This document shows positions 24,201 to 25,939 of a stretch of 25,939 nt of DNA, piece after piece (within the stretch, counting starts at the first letter, position 1; every line of letters starts with the position of its first letter). The notes beneath the pieces were generated by a model, which ran no database searches, was not told where the DNA came from, and saw nothing but the letters and a program-made list of their open reading frames with translations. Both the position numbers and the translations under genes were made by a program. The stretch is from a virus (Duplodnaviria; Caudoviricetes): positions 1-25,939 of the IMG/VR virus record IMGVR_UViG_3300020043_002042; one strand, given 5' to 3'.

Positions 24201-25189
24201 GGAGGTGGTGGCTCAATCTCAGGGGCAGCAGGACGACGAGCTAAGCCAGCTGCACCGCCCAAACCAACACCACCGATAGTGGCCATAGCCGCAGCTTCAC
24301 CCAGTCCCTCAGTCAGACTCTGCTCAGGTTTGACCTGTTGCATAGCCAAGTTAGAGACGAACTTACCGCCAACCTCTTCAGGAATCTCACCGAGAGTTTC
24401 ACCAGCAGCCGCGCCGCCAGCAGTCTTTAGTCGGCCACCTAGACCAGCCGCTCCCTTGCCGGGAACACCAGCCAATACTTCCTCAAGCTGACGAGCACCG
24501 GGCAGACGCTGAGCCAAGAGGGAAATAGTACCGGCAGCAGCACCAGCTTGACGGGCTAACGTTAATGCGCCTTCAGCAGCTTCCTTCTCAGAAGCTCCCT
24601 TGCTTAACAGTTCGTTGTAGATGTTCTCGTATGCGTTAGCGCCTACGTCAGCACCTTGCTGTACACCGCCCGCACCGACAGCACCTCTGACAGCAGCTTT
24701 ACTGGCCACAGCTTCAGTAGCACCCAGACCCTTAGCCGCCGCACCTACGCCGCGAGCAGCTGCAAATGGGACTAACAACTGAGGAGCTTGCTGTGCCAAG
24801 AAAGACAACAGCAATGCAGGATCTTTAACTGTCTCGCCAAGAGCAGTACCAAACGCTTGGAACTGACCTTCTTTAGCCGACTCAGCAATCTTGCGAGCAC
24901 GCTCAGCCTCACGAGCTTTCAGGCCAGCAGACTTCATCTCTTCGCCGTACTGCTGAAGCTCTTTGCCAAGCTCCATAGACGTGCTGTCTTGCATGTTGCC
25001 AGTGACCAAGCCAGCGAGCTGACCGGGCAAAGCAATGAGAGAGCCTATGCCACCAATGACATCAGCACCGATGTCCTTAGTAGCTTCTCCAAATGTGCGC
25101 TCTGTACTAGGAGCCTTAGCTTTTGGCTGGTACTGTGACCATGGCCCCTCTTGGGCCGCATAAGATTCCCAAGGTTTTTTATCGGCCAT
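18293..25189 (-). CDS. large polyvalent (probably virion-injected) protein: Gly/Ala-rich N-terminus, zincin-like peptidase, two ART-PolyVal-like domains, LPD38-like C-terminus
   Basis: HETLH...EFTAE; two FQKWFG.S.VVD..G.P.VVYHGT...PVY...F...Q.KSA.GN.GEFS units; RDNFWW...RIPKPFEIG. Confidence 0.85.
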   Translation of the reverse strand: MADKKPWESYAAQEGPWSQYQPKAKAPSTERTFGEATKDIGADVIGGIGSLIALPGQLAGLVTGNMQDSTSMELGKELQQYGEEMKSAGLKAREAERARKIAESAKEGQFQAFGTALGETVKDPALLLSFLAQQAPQLLVPFAAARGVGAAAKGLGATEAVASKAAVRGAVGAGGVQQGADVGANAYENIYNELLSKGASEKEAAEGALTLARQAGAAAGTISLLAQRLPGARQLEEVLAGVPGKGAAGLGGRLKTAGGAAAGETLGEIPEEVGGKFVSNLAMQQVKPEQSLTEGLGEAAAMATIGGVGLGGAAGLARRPAAPEIEPPPPPAPEQPAVQPALQQQVEAITGVTRPEEVAPEMLTSEEAGRQRLLMLQQKADADAQAQAERAAREGIPPQVPEAPTPDTSKPSLNEQMPQATPRAELEAKQAEIDRLRLEAGLPTGASSKTPGVMPGTTTAEETPTPKIVDNRPLEERAAKNRLLVMQNMLKNQGGDPNSLTIVPHPTAEGRFAIQSLDVPVKFTKGLEGTAINRPESTPIIDPVNAYIEIARRTNTPAAMRLVKDFEAGIVTREDVEAAIAAEQRAGMPLPLNYQGNGEPWFTSAPTGKPRGERELPAGSRFVPTPEGPERPPVTIPAAQVYGEMEPPAPGTTGQPPVVEPPEPPVETPPEVEPPAPTAEKPKTLAEFQQRMPTKTNNLEVRQANEEGSFLKMAEALAKSTNPVIRRIGELGVASAAKIKLRKPVDKLVIKGQHALGVFRHIDDSIQIQRSEAGDETTNAHETLHALVVKAQYNPTPRQAPIVLEIDKLFRHVKKELNAQGMGWGRGFSKQVYGLASATEFTAEAMSNPEFQYMLMNVQYGGRRSAWTQFTRLVADLLGIKDTNALTEVLNLTDKLAMTKQPRKTKISKNIVDFAQQPVLLDASQTLFFPQSEEAKRNGYAIRLKNPITMKDGSRLSGFTDPLNQTTFYGYDKNGERFTQRREYVDPADIVSSKDSNKTAEKIRKSLQDLREFSAQTKGTDLSNNPKFQKWFGDSKVVDRNGNPMVVYHGTKAFDEYGDKEGEAIRQFAGLPNWFAEEPYTASGYAGAEGTMYPVYLSIKKPLAITNFDMNDDAQAAYALAKRLGVDIPSLYLPSDAKAYNVVSSPQFVEAAQKAGYDGIKVKEGDYNTYAAFEPTQIKSAIGNTGEFSTESPEIDLREASVPDVSNNPKFQKWFGNSEVVDESGDPLVVYHGTSDDINKFRTSDEGALGAGIYFTEDPDAASRFADRSAKERSNKTGQNVMPVYIRIEKMLDVDNITDDQMDSIIRAMPRSIDQLEKLGYEKYDEATRQMIDEELNQFVNFQLDEKRKFDPRKLARILGDGGATTFAKIMQKAGFDGMTRMSENLDNNVPYREYTVFDTKQVKSATGNVGEFSTEEDRIDLKEAPKSVKEVKEKISTALQKNKPLAAETMEGVNPDFTAAANRVFKPQSRTIVEKISDLQDRFWQRLAQGIADQYRTIKDYSPIGYIQARLSKTIDGALEGILFNGHVFNDGGALNIKPNTKGLIETLKPVGSEVDRYQMWVALNREFNLPEDKRSRSDDMDYMVANRKQLSEGMLNGKPRAEVYAAVLKDMNALNRSVLDVALGQGLIDQQSYNNFVRDIYYIPFYRQMEDGDLQGAQTSAGLTRQQFSKALKGGGERPFGDLMENTLRNWSHILSASMKNQAAVTTLKDAAELDAVEPAAEAGPDTVKVMMDGKPAYFTVKDPLLLESITSIGYMGPKSKFLDISRDFKNILQYGVTMSPAFKVNNLFRDSVQSIAVSGLKKNPFANVIDGWIATDKNNPAHISALAGGAIFNFGTAYEGNQSKLIKRLLEKGVKESDILDTPDKIKAGLAKIWEKYEEAGNKSEAANRMALYNQLREQGYSHLEASFQARDLMDFSMQGSWGAFRYLTQVVPFMNARIQGLYKLGRDGIVPTGRVLYNSATGKELDLNDKKKAQAFSVVSGAVCLASLALYYGFKDDEEFQKRDNWDRDNFWWIRLPGMEAAVRIPKPFEIGALGTIAERTAEQIFDENAEGKQFTDALSRMVWDTFAMNPLPQVVKPIVDLYANKDSFTGAPIETAGMEALSKAERKTENTSPLAIALSNVINIALPEKAELSPIQTDYAIKGYFGWLGGTVATTSMYAVAPFKEGEYPDTKWMDRASLGFVKSLPSNMSQYTTSFYENNKQIQQAFADMRHYSEIGELDKVQQIYEEKGDKIALQKLYTQTSKQMANIRKQIQVVTSDTGMDGATKREQIDQMKELISMLAKQAEDTRKSMK

Positions 25190-25195
25190 GATTGT

Positions 25196-25939
25196 TTAAA
25201 CCTTTTCCCAGTTATTTTTATCAGCAGGATTGCCGCCTTTAAATCTGTAACCCTCTTGGACAGAACCAACAGCAGGGCCACCACTGGAATCAATAATACC
25301 ATTGCGACGCTGAATTGTTGTCATGATTTCCTGTGCTCTAGCCCGTGCTTCAGGCTTTTGCTTAGGATCATCAGCAATACGAGCTTGCATCTTGTAGTTG
25401 TCGTCTTTCTCAGCCAACTGGAGACGTTTAATCATGTTAGCTTCAGCAGCGATCTGAGGTTTGTTGCCAAACTTAGTACGCTCAACAATCTTCATAAACT
25501 CTTCAGCAGCAGCTTCGCCTCTGGTTCGCTTGATGTTTGCATACTCTTGCATCAGACGCTCAGTCTCACCGGGCTTCATAGATGTAGCTTGATTGATACG
25601 AGCCACTTCCAGCTGGGTAAGGTTGTTGGCACGAGCAACACGCTCAGAAGATTCGTTCTGAGCCATAGCGTTAGCCACTTGACCTTGCAACTGACCACGT
25701 TGAGTAGTCAACTCTGCCAGTTTGACTTTGCTTTCATAGACTGCTTTGCTGTCACCGCGCTCTTCAGCACGACGCAGATTGTCAATCTCGTACTTGGTCT
25801 TAGCATCGTTGTCAGCCAACTGCTGTTGCTTCTCTTGGAATGCAATAGCACGTTCTTCAGCAGCAGTTAGAGACTCACCCAATGATCGACCAGCACCAGT
25901 GAACAAAGCACCAATACCTCTCTGGCCACGAGTAGCTTC
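25196..25939 (-). CDS. putative internal virion/ejection protein, 5'-truncated by the window
   Basis: Frame open to the window edge; helical and Q/A/E-rich; C-terminus GYRFKGGNPADKNNWEKV. Confidence 0.7.
   Translation of the reverse strand, partial: EATRGQRGIGALFTGAGRSLGESLTAAEERAIAFQEKQQQLADNDAKTKYEIDNLRRAEERGDSKAVYESKVKLAELTTQRGQLQGQVANAMAQNESSERVARANNLTQLEVARINQATSMKPGETERLMQEYANIKRTRGEAAAEEFMKIVERTKFGNKPQIAAEANMIKRLQLAEKDDNYKMQARIADDPKQKPEARARAQEIMTTIQRRNGIIDSSGGPAVGSVQEGYRFKGGNPADKNNWEKV

Noticed and set aside
18323-25870. Many long + strand ORFs opposite the late genes (e.g. 19715..20461, 23081..23878, 25151..25870)
   Set aside because: Antisense shadows caused by the codon bias of the real minus-strand genes.

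Overview
The window is a fragment of a tailed dsDNA phage genome; a betaproteobacterial or freshwater host is my inference from gene style, not shown. From left to right: (1) an apparently inverted 1.3-kb end piece bounded by an exact 99-bp inverted repeat, carrying a truncated terminase-small-subunit-like gene; (2) about 20 small, acidic, tightly coupled early genes (1441-6057), including a DUF1281/YubB-like gene, in DNA that lacks GGCC; (3) a leftward replication operon (TOPRIM primase, SF2 helicase, ParB-like protein, many small paralogous genes); (4) a ~1.6-kb RNA-rich island (12345-13945) with a ~650-nt structured non-coding transcript, two tRNAs, a glutaredoxin and an A-B-A-B array of hairpin modules with constant stems and variable tops; (5) a PD-(D/E)XK nuclease diverging from an exonuclease/ERF/SSB-like recombination operon; (6) convergent late genes, namely a 2298-aa polyvalent protein (zincin motif, two tandem ART-PolyVal-like ADP-ribosyltransferase domains, LPD38-like end) and a partial putative ejection protein. 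The best candidate for an undescribed system is the non-coding RNA island. All family calls are from motif recognition by eye; no searches were run.
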